Positions 37,491 through 48,130 are shown, numbered from the stretch's first letter. The stretch: DNA of 64,000 bases from Candidatus Altiarchaeota archaeon (GCA_043800705.1 JAZDMS010000010.1:64001-128000), one strand, 5' to 3'. The notes: generated by a model from the sequence alone, not told the origin. Program-made: numbers and translations.

Positions 37491-38020
37491 CCAAGCGATT
37501 CCAGGACGCAGCGGAATTCCAGAGTCCAATCCTTCTCGCTCACCCTCCTGCCCCCCTTCACCAGCCACCGCCTGATCTCATCGACGTCCACGGAAGAGGT
37601 ATTGTCCGCCTCGAAAACATTCCGGCAACGGCCGACGCTCTCATAGAGTATGATGCCGGAATACTCAGCCTCGATGTTCTCCATCATCTTCTCCCTGGAA
37701 TACCCGCGTTCGCGCATCCTCTCCTGAAGGAGCCTGGGATCGCAGCGCAGGACGAGGATGTGCGTAACATCAAGGAGGTGGCTGACGAGGCCGTCCAAGA
37801 TGACGTTCCCTTGTCCTGCATTTTTCAAATGTGCCCTCAGCCGCTTCACATCCACAATCCTCGTGTCCCTAGCCTCGTCATAGCCCGCTAAGAGCCCGGC
37901 CTCATCGGCCAATTCGTTCAGGCCAATGACCTTTGCGCCGAGGATGGGGCCCAGCCTCCCTGAGAGGGTCGTCTTCCCTGTGCACGGGACACCCGACACT
38001 GCAAGCGCGAAAGGCTTCAT
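37487..38020 (-). CDS. Archaeal AK6-type adenylate kinase
   Basis: SGVPCTGKTT, ILDGLVSH, LRCDP..RGYS..KMMEN. Confidence 0.88.
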   Translation of the reverse strand: MKPFALAVSGVPCTGKTTLSGRLGPILGAKVIGLNELADEAGLLAGYDEARDTRIVDVKRLRAHLKNAGQGNVILDGLVSHLLDVTHILVLRCDPRLLQERMRERGYSREKMMENIEAEYSGIILYESVGRCRNVFEADNTSSVDVDEIRRWLVKGGRRVSEKDWTLEFRCVLESLG

Positions 38021-38087
38021 CTCTTTGTAGGCAGATATTTAACCTATTGCATGTATATCTAAAACAATGGCGGATATCAGGTTCAGC

Positions 38088-38411
38088 CGGGTTCTTGCGG
38101 TGATTCTTCTCCTGCCGCAACTGGCGGCCGCGACGACGATGTCGGACATCATCTGCAGCATCATGGGCCCCATCTTTACGACCCTCTTCGCCGCCGGGGG
38201 GACGCTCGTCGTCATAATGTTCATCTACGGAGGGATAAAATACGTCTACGCCTCCGACGACCCCGGCGGCAGGAAGGAGGCGAAGAACATCTGCATCCAC
38301 ACACTTGTCGCGGGGATACTGATGGTCGTCGCCGTCTCTGCAGTCCGCCTGCTTGGCGCCACCTTCATAACCTACATCTGCCCAAGCATCAGGGCCAGCA
38401 CCGGACTATGA
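38088..38411 (+). CDS. VirB2/TrbC-like pilin paralog 1
   Basis: Signal, TM-YGGIKYVYASDDPGGRK-TM. Confidence 0.75.
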   Translation, partial: RVLAVILLLPQLAAATTMSDIICSIMGPIFTTLFAAGGTLVVIMFIYGGIKYVYASDDPGGRKEAKNICIHTLVAGILMVVAVSAVRLLGATFITYICPSIRASTGL

Positions 38412-38491
38412 TCTGAATACGGGCCTTCCCCGCACCGTTCACTTTTAACCTCATCCGGTGAATATCATCACATATTCTTCAGAAGTGTTTT

Positions 38492-38875
38492 ATGGAAAAG
38501 TACAATGTTACGGGCGTTTTAAAGGCTTATCGGACTATGCTGACTGTTTTCGTAGTGGCCCAGCTTCTATTCATCATACTGCCCATAAACGCAATGGCGG
38601 GTACCGCAGTCCCGACCGGAACTCTCGCGATGAGGAACACGGTGTGCCGGATCCTCGATGCCATTGAATTCGTGATCACGGCATTGGGCTCAAGCCTAGT
38701 CATCATCATGTTCACCTACGGCGGCCTGAAATACGTGTTCGGAGCCGACGACCCCGGCGCAAGGAAACAGGGAAAGAATACATGTATCCACTCGGTCATC
38801 GGCGGCATAATCATCGTCATCGCGTCCCTGGTCGTGAACATGATCGGCTTCACGGCTGCCATGTCATGTCCCTGA
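38492..38875 (+). CDS. VirB2/TrbC-like pilin paralog 2
   Basis: YGGLKYVFGADDPGARK motif. Confidence 0.75.
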   Translation: MEKYNVTGVLKAYRTMLTVFVVAQLLFIILPINAMAGTAVPTGTLAMRNTVCRILDAIEFVITALGSSLVIIMFTYGGLKYVFGADDPGARKQGKNTCIHSVIGGIIIVIASLVVNMIGFTAAMSCP

Positions 38876-38926
38876 GGAGTCTTTCAGCACCGAAGATGTT
38901 CAATCGCCACGGAGGGGTTAGCGAGG

Positions 38927-39274
38927 ATGTTTAACGCGATTAACCGGATGATGGCCCGAAGAAGGCTGGCTTTTTTAATAGTCCCCCTGTCCCTGCTTCC
39001 CTCGATTGCAGACGCCACGGCGATCACGTTCAAACCCCTCGTCTGCACCCTTCTCCTCGAGGTACGGGCCGCAGTCAGGACGGCGGGAGCGTCGTTGGTC
39101 GTGATAATGTTCATCTACGGCGCCGTCAAATACGCGTTCTCGGCAGACGACCCGGGCGGCAGAAAATCCGGCAAAATGACCTGCATACACGCCCTTATAG
39201 GCGGAATACTCATAGTATTGTTCGAGGTCATCCAAACCCTAGTGTCTTTGACCTGGTGGGGGACGTGCCCATGA
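38927..39274 (+). CDS. VirB2/TrbC-like pilin paralog 3
   Basis: YGAVKYAFSADDPGGRK motif. Confidence 0.75.
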   Translation: MFNAINRMMARRRLAFLIVPLSLLPSIADATAITFKPLVCTLLLEVRAAVRTAGASLVVIMFIYGAVKYAFSADDPGGRKSGKMTCIHALIGGILIVLFEVIQTLVSLTWWGTCP

Positions 39275-39612
39275 ACCTTAAACAACAGGCGAAACGCGCA
39301 TTGGCGGCGATAATGCTCAGCGGTGCAGCGTCCGCCACATTGACGCCGATCCACGCGGTCCCCTGCGCCGTGATCGAGGCCATGTGGGAGGCAGTAAGGT
39401 CGGTTGCGCCGATGATCTTCGCGATAATGTTCCTCTACGGCGCCGCCAGATACGTCTACTCCGCAGATGATCCGGGCGGAAGGAAGCAGGGGAAGAACAT
39501 CATCATACACGCGATCATAGGGGTGCTGATCATGGGCGTCCTCGTCGCGATCGTCTCGATAATGACTAATTTAGGCGACTTTCCCCTCTGTCCAGGGATC
39601 ACCATCACATGA
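39271..39612 (+). CDS. VirB2/TrbC-like pilin paralog 4
   Basis: YGAARYVYSADDPGGRK motif; ATGA overlap. Confidence 0.75.
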   Translation: MNLKQQAKRALAAIMLSGAASATLTPIHAVPCAVIEAMWEAVRSVAPMIFAIMFLYGAARYVYSADDPGGRKQGKNIIIHAIIGVLIMGVLVAIVSIMTNLGDFPLCPGITIT

Positions 39613-39974
39613 AAACAATTCAAGGGAAACTGATGCGGGCTGCCGCGGCAGGAGCCCTAATGCCCTACGCACTTGCGCAGGCGGTCTCGGCGGCCTATCT
39701 GACTGTGATAAACGGCTTCATATGCTCCCTGATAGGGTCATTCCAGATAATGGGGAACTCCATAGCCATCATAATGTTCGTCTACGGGGGCATAAAGTAC
39801 ATCTACACCGCCGACGACCCGGGCGGCAGGAAACAGGCCATGGGGATATGCGTCGCAGCAATAATCGCGATGATAATCATCCAGGCAGCGAGGGGAGTCA
39901 TAGGGGAGATAGGGCAGATCATAATAACAACCGCAGGATTCGCTGCCGGTTCAGTGGCGGATCCGTGTCCATGA
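39609..39974 (+). CDS. VirB2/TrbC-like pilin paralog 5
   Basis: YGGIKYIYTADDPGGRK motif; ATGA overlap. Confidence 0.75.
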   Translation: MKTIQGKLMRAAAAGALMPYALAQAVSAAYLTVINGFICSLIGSFQIMGNSIAIIMFVYGGIKYIYTADDPGGRKQAMGICVAAIIAMIIIQAARGVIGEIGQIIITTAGFAAGSVADPCP

Positions 39975-39978
39975 AAAA

Positions 39979-40311
39979 ATGAAAATGAGAAAAACCTTGT
40001 TGGGGCTGTCGGCGGCGGCGTTTTTTGCACAGTCGGTTTCCGCCACCGCACCCGACGCTGCGACCATAATCAGAAACATCATCTGCACCCTCATACCGGA
40101 GGTCATCAACCTGTCATGGGCGCTGGCGGTCCTGGTCTTCGTATACGGCGGCGCCAAATACGCCCACGCGGCGGACGACCCCGGCGGAAGAAAGCAGGGC
40201 AAGAGCATCGCACTCAATGCCATCATCGGTTTCATAATAATCGCGGCATCCAAGGCAGTGGTTGAGGCAATCGCTTTCGCCGGTGGTACGGGAAACATCT
40301 GCCCGCCTTAG
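39979..40311 (+). CDS. VirB2/TrbC-like pilin paralog 6
   Basis: YGGAKYAHAADDPGGRK motif. Confidence 0.75.
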   Translation: MKMRKTLLGLSAAAFFAQSVSATAPDAATIIRNIICTLIPEVINLSWALAVLVFVYGGAKYAHAADDPGGRKQGKSIALNAIIGFIIIAASKAVVEAIAFAGGTGNICPP

Positions 40312-40317
40312 GCGCAT

Positions 40318-43227
40318 CTATCCTGTCGAGGTGGCATTCGCCGGTTGCCTGTCGAATCCTTCATAGCTGATCTCGTATGAGCGCACAAAACCGTAGCTGA
40401 ACTCGCCGTCTGGCGTCCCGTCGCCGTCGTAGTCGGGTATCTGCCTGAAGTGCAGCAGCGGCTTCACTTCCCGTGTGTACAGCCCGTACCTCCTGTATTC
40501 GTCGAGGTATTTGCCGAGGTACAGCCTCGTCGTCATGAAGTCGTTGAACTCCTGGGGCACGTAGACGAGCGTTTTGAACTGCGGCAGATTGCATATGCTT
40601 CCCCTCGGCAGGCTGTTCCAGTTCAGGGCGCAGTAGAGGATGCTCGGTATCTCCTCTTCCTCGTTTACGCGAAGGAGGGGCTGTACCCCCAGGAGCGAGG
40701 CGTCGTTGGCCTTGCTCCACTTGTCCCACGGTATGTGGTTGCCGTAGGGGTCGACCGCTGTTATGCCCCTTATCCCGCTGCCTTCGAGCTCGAATATGAC
40801 GCCTGAAACGTACCCCTGGCACCCGAAAACGACCTGCCTCACCTTGGAGAAGCTGCCGTTCTGGGAGACCGATATCCGCTCTTCGAGCTGGCTCTGTGCC
40901 GGGAGGAACTGGCACTCTGCGTAGTTCTTCCAGGAGCCGGGAGTCACGTCCTCTATGTTGCCTGTGGCGATGAAGTGCAGGGCGCTTCCCTTGCCGATCA
41001 TCGTCCAATCGATGGCCGCATACCTGAGGCCCCAGCTCTGGTTATAATCCCTGTAGGCCTTGTCGTACGCCTTGACCATCTCGAACGCCTCCTCCTCCGA
41101 CGTCTTGTTCTCGAAGAACGTCGCCACGTCCTGTATCTCGTAGTAGTCGGCCTGGAGGTTGTCTATGAGGACTGGCCTGTGGGAGACTGCCGTAATCCAG
41201 TGGCCGTAGTCCCACCACGTGAGTATGGCGTCGCCGGGGCCCGTATTGTTCGCGTGCCATTCGAGCATCGGGTACCAGTAGAATATGTCCTCGGTGGGGC
41301 CCATGTGGAGCACGACGTATCCGACGGCCTTGGAGTAGAGGGCCGGGCCGAACATGGGGACGTAGGCGATTGGGATGCATATGACGAGGATCGTGCCTAT
41401 GATCCTCAGGCTTTCGAGGTCGCTTTTCTTTATAGTTGAAAACAGGCCTATTGTGGCCCCCAATGCGGTTATCGACGCGCTTGAGGCGAATATCCAGGCG
41501 CTCTTGTTGTAGGCACCCCACATCATCGGGATGCTCCATGTCAGGATGAAGAGGGCGCCGATGCTGCCTGTAGAATATACGATGTAGGCCATCAGCGGTA
41601 TGGTGATGATGGAGTACAGGAGCGCTATCCCATACCTATTGTATCCCTGGGTGAGGAATTCGTTGAATGATGAGGCGAGCGGGTTCTGTTCCGCGACCGT
41701 CTGGTGGACTACGCTCTTATCCTTTGCAGAGAGTATCACCTGGGCCGCGAAATCGACGAGGTCGGTGGGCGTCTTATAGAACGCAAGGATTATCCCCGCA
41801 AGTATCAGCGCGACTATGCCGAGGGCGATGACGTTCTTCTCTATGGCGTCCACTGTCCTGTCCTCGATGGAAGCCCCTCCCGTGAGCTGCATGCCCCTGC
41901 TTTTCACCCTTATCATCTCCAATATGAGGGAGAGGCATAAGGTCGCCGCTATGGGGTAAAGCTCGTTCGGGGACATCGAAGGGAAAATCCATGCACCGCC
42001 CCTGGCATGCACCATCGTCCCCATCAGGTTGTATACGATGACCGGTATCAGTATGTACGGCAGATGCTCTATGGCGTTCTTGTTGTGTGCCAACCTCACG
42101 AAGGCATATAATGTGCCGAACGTGCCTATCGTCATCATGGCGTATGCGCTGCCAGCCCAGCTCATCCTGAGCATCAGGGCGGCAATGCCGGTCAGGAGCG
42201 CATACCTGAAGCTCTTCCTCTGATATGAGGCGAAGAAAAGGAAGAGGGTGGCAACCATGAGGAACATCCCGAAGGAGTCGTCTTCTGGGTTGGTGGCCGT
42301 GGCGTTCGCCGCAAGAGCCGGGCTCAGCATGAGCATGAACGCGGCAAGGAGCGCCGCCAACTTGTTGTACGGCCTCATGTCCGAGAACATCTCCTTGACG
42401 AGGAGGTACATGACGACGACCGTCAGGGCTGCTAGTATCCCCGGGAAGAGCATGGCGACCTGAAACATGGAGACGCCGAGGGGATCCAGGGCCAAGGCGA
42501 GCCCCGTGTAGCTGATCTGCATCATCATGGGGGAATCCGATTGTACGAGGCCGAATGTGGTCGGCCTCTGGCTCGTGTATGCCAGGTCCGAGCTGTGGCT
42601 GAGCCCCCCGTACATGGGGTACACCAGCGGGTCGTATTCCGGCGGGTAGCCAGTGTTGTATATGACCTGCATCCACTTGTAGTGCCAGTATGAGTCAAGG
42701 TTAGCCAGCAGGTTGGCGTTGGCGGGGACCAGGTGCAGAAGGAGCGCCGCGAGGAAGAGCGCCAAGACCATGGAAAACTCCACGTTGACGACCTTGTGGT
42801 AGCTCAGCGCATAGAATAAGGCGAAAATCGCCGCCATGATGCTGAAATAGGGGTAATCGACGTTCTGCGGATACCCGTATGCGTTCGAGTAGTATGAGAA
42901 CACCCCCGAAATGAGTATGAGTATCGGTATGCCCCAGCTCCACTGGTCCGACCTCAAAGCCTGCTGGCTGAAGACGGCATAAGCGCTCAGGATCCCGAGC
43001 ACGATCAGCATCAGCGGCCCGCCGTCGTAGAAGAAGCCGCTCGTCATCGGCTTGATGCATGCAAGGGTCAGTGCGAGCAGAGCCGCCAGAAGGAGGGGTT
43101 TGGTGAACTGGCCGAAGACTCCTTCGAATGCGCCGAGGGAGAGCGTTATCGACTGACTGTCGCCTTCCGGATCGGTTATCTTATCCCCCGGCGTATCCCG
43201 CGCTTTTTTAGAAGAAGCCATCCTCAT
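40318..43227 (-). CDS. aglB: Oligosaccharyltransferase AglB/STT3
   Basis: LDSYWH, TVAEQ, WWDYGHWI, many TMs; start near 43222-43227. Confidence 0.92.
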   Translation of the reverse strand: MRMASSKKARDTPGDKITDPEGDSQSITLSLGAFEGVFGQFTKPLLLAALLALTLACIKPMTSGFFYDGGPLMLIVLGILSAYAVFSQQALRSDQWSWGIPILILISGVFSYYSNAYGYPQNVDYPYFSIMAAIFALFYALSYHKVVNVEFSMVLALFLAALLLHLVPANANLLANLDSYWHYKWMQVIYNTGYPPEYDPLVYPMYGGLSHSSDLAYTSQRPTTFGLVQSDSPMMMQISYTGLALALDPLGVSMFQVAMLFPGILAALTVVVMYLLVKEMFSDMRPYNKLAALLAAFMLMLSPALAANATATNPEDDSFGMFLMVATLFLFFASYQRKSFRYALLTGIAALMLRMSWAGSAYAMMTIGTFGTLYAFVRLAHNKNAIEHLPYILIPVIVYNLMGTMVHARGGAWIFPSMSPNELYPIAATLCLSLILEMIRVKSRGMQLTGGASIEDRTVDAIEKNVIALGIVALILAGIILAFYKTPTDLVDFAAQVILSAKDKSVVHQTVAEQNPLASSFNEFLTQGYNRYGIALLYSIITIPLMAYIVYSTGSIGALFILTWSIPMMWGAYNKSAWIFASSASITALGATIGLFSTIKKSDLESLRIIGTILVICIPIAYVPMFGPALYSKAVGYVVLHMGPTEDIFYWYPMLEWHANNTGPGDAILTWWDYGHWITAVSHRPVLIDNLQADYYEIQDVATFFENKTSEEEAFEMVKAYDKAYRDYNQSWGLRYAAIDWTMIGKGSALHFIATGNIEDVTPGSWKNYAECQFLPAQSQLEERISVSQNGSFSKVRQVVFGCQGYVSGVIFELEGSGIRGITAVDPYGNHIPWDKWSKANDASLLGVQPLLRVNEEEEIPSILYCALNWNSLPRGSICNLPQFKTLVYVPQEFNDFMTTRLYLGKYLDEYRRYGLYTREVKPLLHFRQIPDYDGDGTPDGEFSYGFVRSYEISYEGFDRQPANATSTG

Positions 43228-43916
43228 CTGCCGTATCTGCGTTCCCTGCTTGTGTAGTCCTGGATGACCTTCTTGAGGTCCTCCTTGTCGAATTCCTGCC
43301 AGAGCTTGGGGATGAAATATATCTCGCTGTAGGCGGACTGCCACAGGAGGAAATTGCTCAGCCTGTCCTCGCTCGTCCGTATGATGATGTCCGGGTCGCC
43401 CTTCACCCAGAGGTTCCCGCCGAGGTTCTCCTCGTTTATCTCCTGCCCCTGTTCGATCATCTTCCTGACCGCGTGGATTATCTCCTGCCTCCCACCGTAG
43501 GCGATAGCCAGGTTGAGCTTGAACTTATCGTATCCTTTCGTGGCCTCCTCGAGCCTTTCCATGTTGGCTACCATCTCGGCAGCCAGCTCCCTGTTGACTT
43601 CCTGTTTGCGGAGGAACTCCCTGTCGCCGCAGAGGCTGACCCTGACCTTATTCTCGTGCATGCTCTTGTCCGAGAGCCCCTTAAGGGCGTGCTTGTTGAA
43701 GGCCTTGAAGAGCGTCTCTATCTCCTTCTTGTTCCTGCTCGTTATGTTCTCTGTGGAAAGCGCGTAGAGCGTGACCTCGTCGACTTTGAGGTCGTAGCAC
43801 CACTCCAGGAAGTCGTAGAACCTGTTGATGCCCAAGTCATAAGACACAAGAAGGTCGCCTATGCCCCTCTTGGCCATGAATCTCCTGTTCCCGTCCGGAA
43901 TCAAGCCTATATGCAT
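43224..43916 (-). CDS. uppS: cis-prenyltransferase (polyprenyl diphosphate synthase)
   Basis: HIGLIPDGNRR, YALSTEN, YGGRQEI, RLSNFLLWQSAYSE. Confidence 0.95.
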   Translation of the reverse strand: MHIGLIPDGNRRFMAKRGIGDLLVSYDLGINRFYDFLEWCYDLKVDEVTLYALSTENITSRNKKEIETLFKAFNKHALKGLSDKSMHENKVRVSLCGDREFLRKQEVNRELAAEMVANMERLEEATKGYDKFKLNLAIAYGGRQEIIHAVRKMIEQGQEINEENLGGNLWVKGDPDIIIRTSEDRLSNFLLWQSAYSEIYFIPKLWQEFDKEDLKKVIQDYTSRERRYGR

Positions 43917-43984
43917 TTCACACCCAAACTCAACCGATGTCTAAAATATGAGTAAAGATATAAATTAATAGTATAAAACCTGTC

Positions 43985-44461
43985 ATGGCCAAGCTTTCCT
44001 GTGTTTTGGATGCGTCGGGGATCAATCGCAGCAGCCTCGACTTCACCCGGGGCGGATACGGCATACCCTCCTCGGTCCTGTCGGAGCTGAAGGACGAGAG
44101 AGTGCGCTCCAGGGTGGAGGATTCGATAAGGGTCGGCGACGTAACCGTGGTCGCCCCCGGCGGGGATTCCCTGGAAAAGGCATCCGCCACCGCGAAGGAG
44201 ACCGGCGACATATCCTCCCTCAGCAGGCCAGACCTCGACGTCCTAGCGGCCGCGATAGAGCACGGCCTTACGATAGTGTCAGACGACTACGCTATACAGA
44301 ATACCGCAGCCAGGCTCGGCATCAGGGTCGAGGCCACAAGCCAGAAGGCCATCAGCCGCCAGCTCACATGGGTGTGGTCCTGTGAAGGCTGCGGCAGGAA
44401 GATGGAAGGTCCGGGGGCGTGCGGGGTCTGCGGTCACAAGGCGAGGAAGAGGCCGGCTTAG
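43985..44461 (+). CDS. nob1: Nob1-like PIN endonuclease with Zn ribbon
   Basis: VLDAS, TGD..LS.PD, SDDYAIQN, CEGC..CGVCG. Confidence 0.88.
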   Translation: MAKLSCVLDASGINRSSLDFTRGGYGIPSSVLSELKDERVRSRVEDSIRVGDVTVVAPGGDSLEKASATAKETGDISSLSRPDLDVLAAAIEHGLTIVSDDYAIQNTAARLGIRVEATSQKAISRQLTWVWSCEGCGRKMEGPGACGVCGHKARKRPA

Positions 44462-45859
44462 CCGAACCAGTGCCCTTCGGTCGCCACCTTCAGGTAGTCC
44501 GTGTTCTTGTCTGTGACGCTCTTCGCAGCCGTCTGCCCCATGCTGATGCTGTGGTCCATGTTGTTGTAGCGGAATAGGCCGTTCCTTCCGAAGAAGCGGA
44601 GGTTCTTCACGCCCTTCAGGTGCCCTATGGCCTTGTCGAGGTTGGGCCTGTATTCCAGGTCGTATATGGGGTATGCGTGTGGCATGTAATGTATCCTCGA
44701 ACCCAGGTATTCGCCCTTTTTCACGAGGCCTATGTCGGCAAGGTCGTCCAGCACGCGCTTGGCGAGCGTTTCCTTGTCTGCCTTCCAGGTCTCGTCCCCG
44801 AGCTGACAGGTGATCTCTGCGCCTATTATGGTCTTCCCCTCCGGGGCGTTGCCGGCGGAGAAGTTCCTGGATTCGCTGACGCGGTTGGCGAGGTACTTCA
44901 GCTCCGGGAGGTAGATCCAGTGGTCGGGGCTTATGCCGTCCCTGCCGAACATGAGGTGCACGAGGACAATCGACCTGAATTTTAGGCTGCCTGAGGCCTC
45001 CAACACGTCCTTCGGCGGGCTGGGAGTCAATGCTCCGATGAAATCCGTGATAGGAATCGTCGAAAACACGAGGTCTTCGGGGCCCACGGCGACGGAACCC
45101 CCGGAATAACTGACTTTCGTGATTCTGTCATCCGCCATCTCGATGCCGGTTACTTTTGCGTTGAGCCTGACCTGCCCGCCGGCCTCCCTCATCCGTTTGG
45201 CATATTCCTCACTGATCGCTCCGATACCTCCGTGTGTCGGATAATAGAACCTGCTCACGTACGTCCTCGGCGTGTCCGAGGATTTCATCGCCTTCTTCAG
45301 CGTCTGTACGAAAGTGTCCCACAGGCTCAGTAGGCTGATCCTCTGCGCAGCCCAGTCGGCGCTCAGCCTCGTGCACGGGATGCCCCACGTCTTCTCCGTG
45401 TACACCCTGAAGTAGATGTCGTAGAGCCTCCGGCCGAACCTGTTCACGACCCAGTCCTCGAAGCTGAGATCCGGCGCCTTTGCGAACAGGTTCTTTGCCT
45501 TTATCGCGACGTAGTCCGCGATTATCCTCGCCGTCGTCAACGGCGGCATGTTGAAGAACGCGTTGCCCACCTTCAGGGGGATAGTCGAAGAACCTCCCCT
45601 CGAGCCTTATCCTCGACAGCCTGTCCCTCTCCACGAAGCCCCCCTCCATTATCCTCTTGAACTCGGCGTTCACCCCCTCCTCGTTTGTATGAAACCTGTG
45701 GGGCCCCAGGTCGTAGGTGAATCCGCCGTCTTCGAAGCTCCTAGCCATCCCCCCGACGCCGTCATCGGCCTCCAAGACGACGACGGGGACGCTCTCCATA
45801 GAGAGCGAATAGGCGGCGGAAAGCCCTGCAAGCCCGCCGCCAAGAACGATGACCTTCAT
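44458..45859 (-). pseudogene. FAD-dependent oxidoreductase (HemY/UDP-galactopyranose-mutase-like), +1 frameshift near 45578
   Basis: GGGLAG, DLGPHRF, FGRNGLFRYNNMDHS; removing one base of G5 at 45576-45580 gives FFDYPLKVGNAFF. Confidence 0.8.
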
Positions 45860-45927
45860 TTTATCGTTGATACCCCGCAGCTCTGCTGCGGGGATGGTTT
45901 ATTTTTTCCATACTATTCGTATCTCCG

Positions 45928-47079
45928 CTATTTAACGGCTACATGCTCTGCCTTGTCCTTCAGCATGAGGTAGACCGCTGCGGCCTCGTCCATCTGCGCC
46001 TCTTCGCCGCTCCGGTAGGGTCCCCAGTCCCTTCCCTTCAGCTGGAACACGCCGACGTCCTTCGTCAGCGCCGCCTTCACGGGGCCGCCGGCGAATGCGA
46101 CCGCATCCGTCAGGGGGTCGAAGGTCTCGAGGTCCGCAACCCTCTTTGCCAGTAGGCCGCTTCCCCCGTGTATGGTGTCCGGCAGCCTGATGAGCCTCGA
46201 TATATCCGCTGTGACCTGTTTGTCTGTGTCCTCCATATCCTTTACTGCGAATTCCTTGACTACCATATCCCTTAAAACCTTGGGGATGATCTCCCTGTGC
46301 CACTTCCCCCTTTCAAGGAAATCAAGATATTTTTCCCTATTCTCTACTATACCCCTCACTTTAAGCTTTGAAAGCCCGTATCTGTCCCTCAGCGTTTGTT
46401 CATCGGAGTTCACAATGCCCTCCATGGTCTTGAATATTCGACCTGCCCATCCATTGTCTTGTCGTTTCGGGCCTACGCCTACTGGGCTCATGATCATTTT
46501 CGGCCTGCCTGCTTTGTACTTTATTCCGCTCGGTGAATCGTCGTCGCGTATGAAAAACTCGATGTCGAGACCCGCACCAGTGATGTAATCCACGATCTCC
46601 CGCCTCGCGTCCGTGTTGAGCGGCTTCACATCATCGGAGCCGACGTGTATGTGGTACCCCTTGCTTCCCGAGAAATTCACGGAAATATCCTTCCTGTCGA
46701 AGCCGAAATCATCCTCAAGGAATGCGAGCAGGTTGCCGGCTTCCGCCTTCACCTCTTCGAGGTGTTTCCCGTTCAGAAGCTCCATCGGCTTGTCGAGGTC
46801 GAAGACGAGGTCCGCGCCCCTCCAGCATTTGTCGGCCATCGGCTGGCTCGGGTACTCGTAGTAGGCGGTCGAATACGATATGTAGTACGGCGCCTCGGTC
46901 TTGAGGTACTGGTTGAGCTCCCTCTCCGTCGCGAAGGCCTTGTGCCTGAACTTGATCTTGTCCTCGAGGGTTCCGACGCCGAACTCCCTCCTGTGGACCT
47001 CCCTCGGCGCGGACACGGAATGGTTCCAGTAGTAGTCTTTGAACCTCTTCTTCAGGAATACCTTTGTTTCCGTGTTCAT
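45928..47079 (-). CDS. priS: DNA primase small (catalytic) subunit
   Basis: REFG, ADLVFDLD, FSGSKGYHIHV, D..RLIRLP.TIHG. Confidence 0.95.
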   Translation of the reverse strand: MNTETKVFLKKRFKDYYWNHSVSAPREVHRREFGVGTLEDKIKFRHKAFATERELNQYLKTEAPYYISYSTAYYEYPSQPMADKCWRGADLVFDLDKPMELLNGKHLEEVKAEAGNLLAFLEDDFGFDRKDISVNFSGSKGYHIHVGSDDVKPLNTDARREIVDYITGAGLDIEFFIRDDDSPSGIKYKAGRPKMIMSPVGVGPKRQDNGWAGRIFKTMEGIVNSDEQTLRDRYGLSKLKVRGIVENREKYLDFLERGKWHREIIPKVLRDMVVKEFAVKDMEDTDKQVTADISRLIRLPDTIHGGSGLLAKRVADLETFDPLTDAVAFAGGPVKAALTKDVGVFQLKGRDWGPYRSGEEAQMDEAAAVYLMLKDKAEHVAVK

Positions 47080-47119
47080 CCAGACCAAAAGAAATACGCA
47101 TTACCGTAAAAAATAGCCC

Positions 47120-47746
47120 CTAAAGCTCCTTCCTCACCATGTCCTCCGACCCCTCCAGCCTCTCCGGCACGTGGCAGACCTTCCCGGTGACGGTGTGGTA
47201 GAGGAGGGCCAGTATCCTGACCCTGCCGTCCCTGACCTCCCGGTAAAGCTTCGGATACCTGAACATCAGGAAGTTCACGACCGCCTCCCTCTGTATCCTG
47301 CAGCCTTCCTCCAAAAGGAGCTGCTCCAGCTGAGCGTGATCTGGCTTAATCCCCCTTTGGGAAAGGTAGCCGTCGACCCTTACCTTCGCATGCAGGCCTC
47401 CGCCGTCGACGAGGTGCCTCCTGATTTCGGGCTCGGCCTCGTTCGAGACTCCTTCGTAGCCTCCGCAGCGGGTGTGGTGCATGAGGATGATGAGCTCCGG
47501 CTTCAGGTGCGCGAGGGCGTAGACGAGCGCGGCCTTCGCGTCGTCGGTGAACAGGCCCCCGACATTCTTCACCTCGAATATGGTGCCAGGCTCGTTGATG
47601 TCGAATATCTCGTGGACGCTTACCCTGGAGTCGCTGCATGAGAGGCAGAAGACCTTCGGATCCTGTCCTGCGGCGAACCGTTCCCTAAGCCTCCTGAAAT
47701 GCCTAAGATGCCTTCGCCAACCCGTATGCAGGGCCTTGAGCTCCAT
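47120..47746 (-). CDS. Beta-class carbonic anhydrase
   Basis: CSDSRV, NVGG, HTRCGG. Confidence 0.9.
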   Translation of the reverse strand: MELKALHTGWRRHLRHFRRLRERFAAGQDPKVFCLSCSDSRVSVHEIFDINEPGTIFEVKNVGGLFTDDAKAALVYALAHLKPELIILMHHTRCGGYEGVSNEAEPEIRRHLVDGGGLHAKVRVDGYLSQRGIKPDHAQLEQLLLEEGCRIQREAVVNFLMFRYPKLYREVRDGRVRILALLYHTVTGKVCHVPERLEGSEDMVRKEL

Positions 47747-47805
47747 ATCCCTCTCAATATTGTTCGCGGAGGGCTAAATATAACCCTCTCCGCACATTAT
47801 CCTCA

Positions 47806-48096
47806 GATGGCATTTTTCGGGCGGCTCAAGGGCGGGGACCACGAGAAGGACGTCGCCGCCTCCCTCATCCGGACCCGGACTGCCTCTTCCAGGCGATGCT
47901 CTTCTGGCACAACCCCACCCACGTGAGGCCCTACTCGAAAGGCTGCCTGGGCTCTGAGCTGGAAAAAGCCGGCTTCGAGGCCGTGGAACATCATGGGGCG
48001 AAATACTGCCTGCACCCCCTCAGGGTCCTCGCAGCCGTCCTGACGCTCTCAGACCCCAACAACCGCAACATACTCGTCGCAAGGAAAAGAAAGTGA
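47806..48096 (+). pseudogene. Deleted remnant of a class I SAM methyltransferase-like gene
   Basis: Short N terminus joined out of frame to FWHNPTHVRPYS..LEKAGF; no SAM-binding core. Confidence 0.45.
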
Positions 48097-48130
48097 GCCT
48101 ATTATAATATCGCCTGCCATAGGATATGGT

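Noticed and set aside
38088-40311. Pilin paralogs as substrates of the type IV pilus locus at 1.9-6.4 kb
   Set aside because: They have no class III signal peptide and have a two-TM hairpin topology instead
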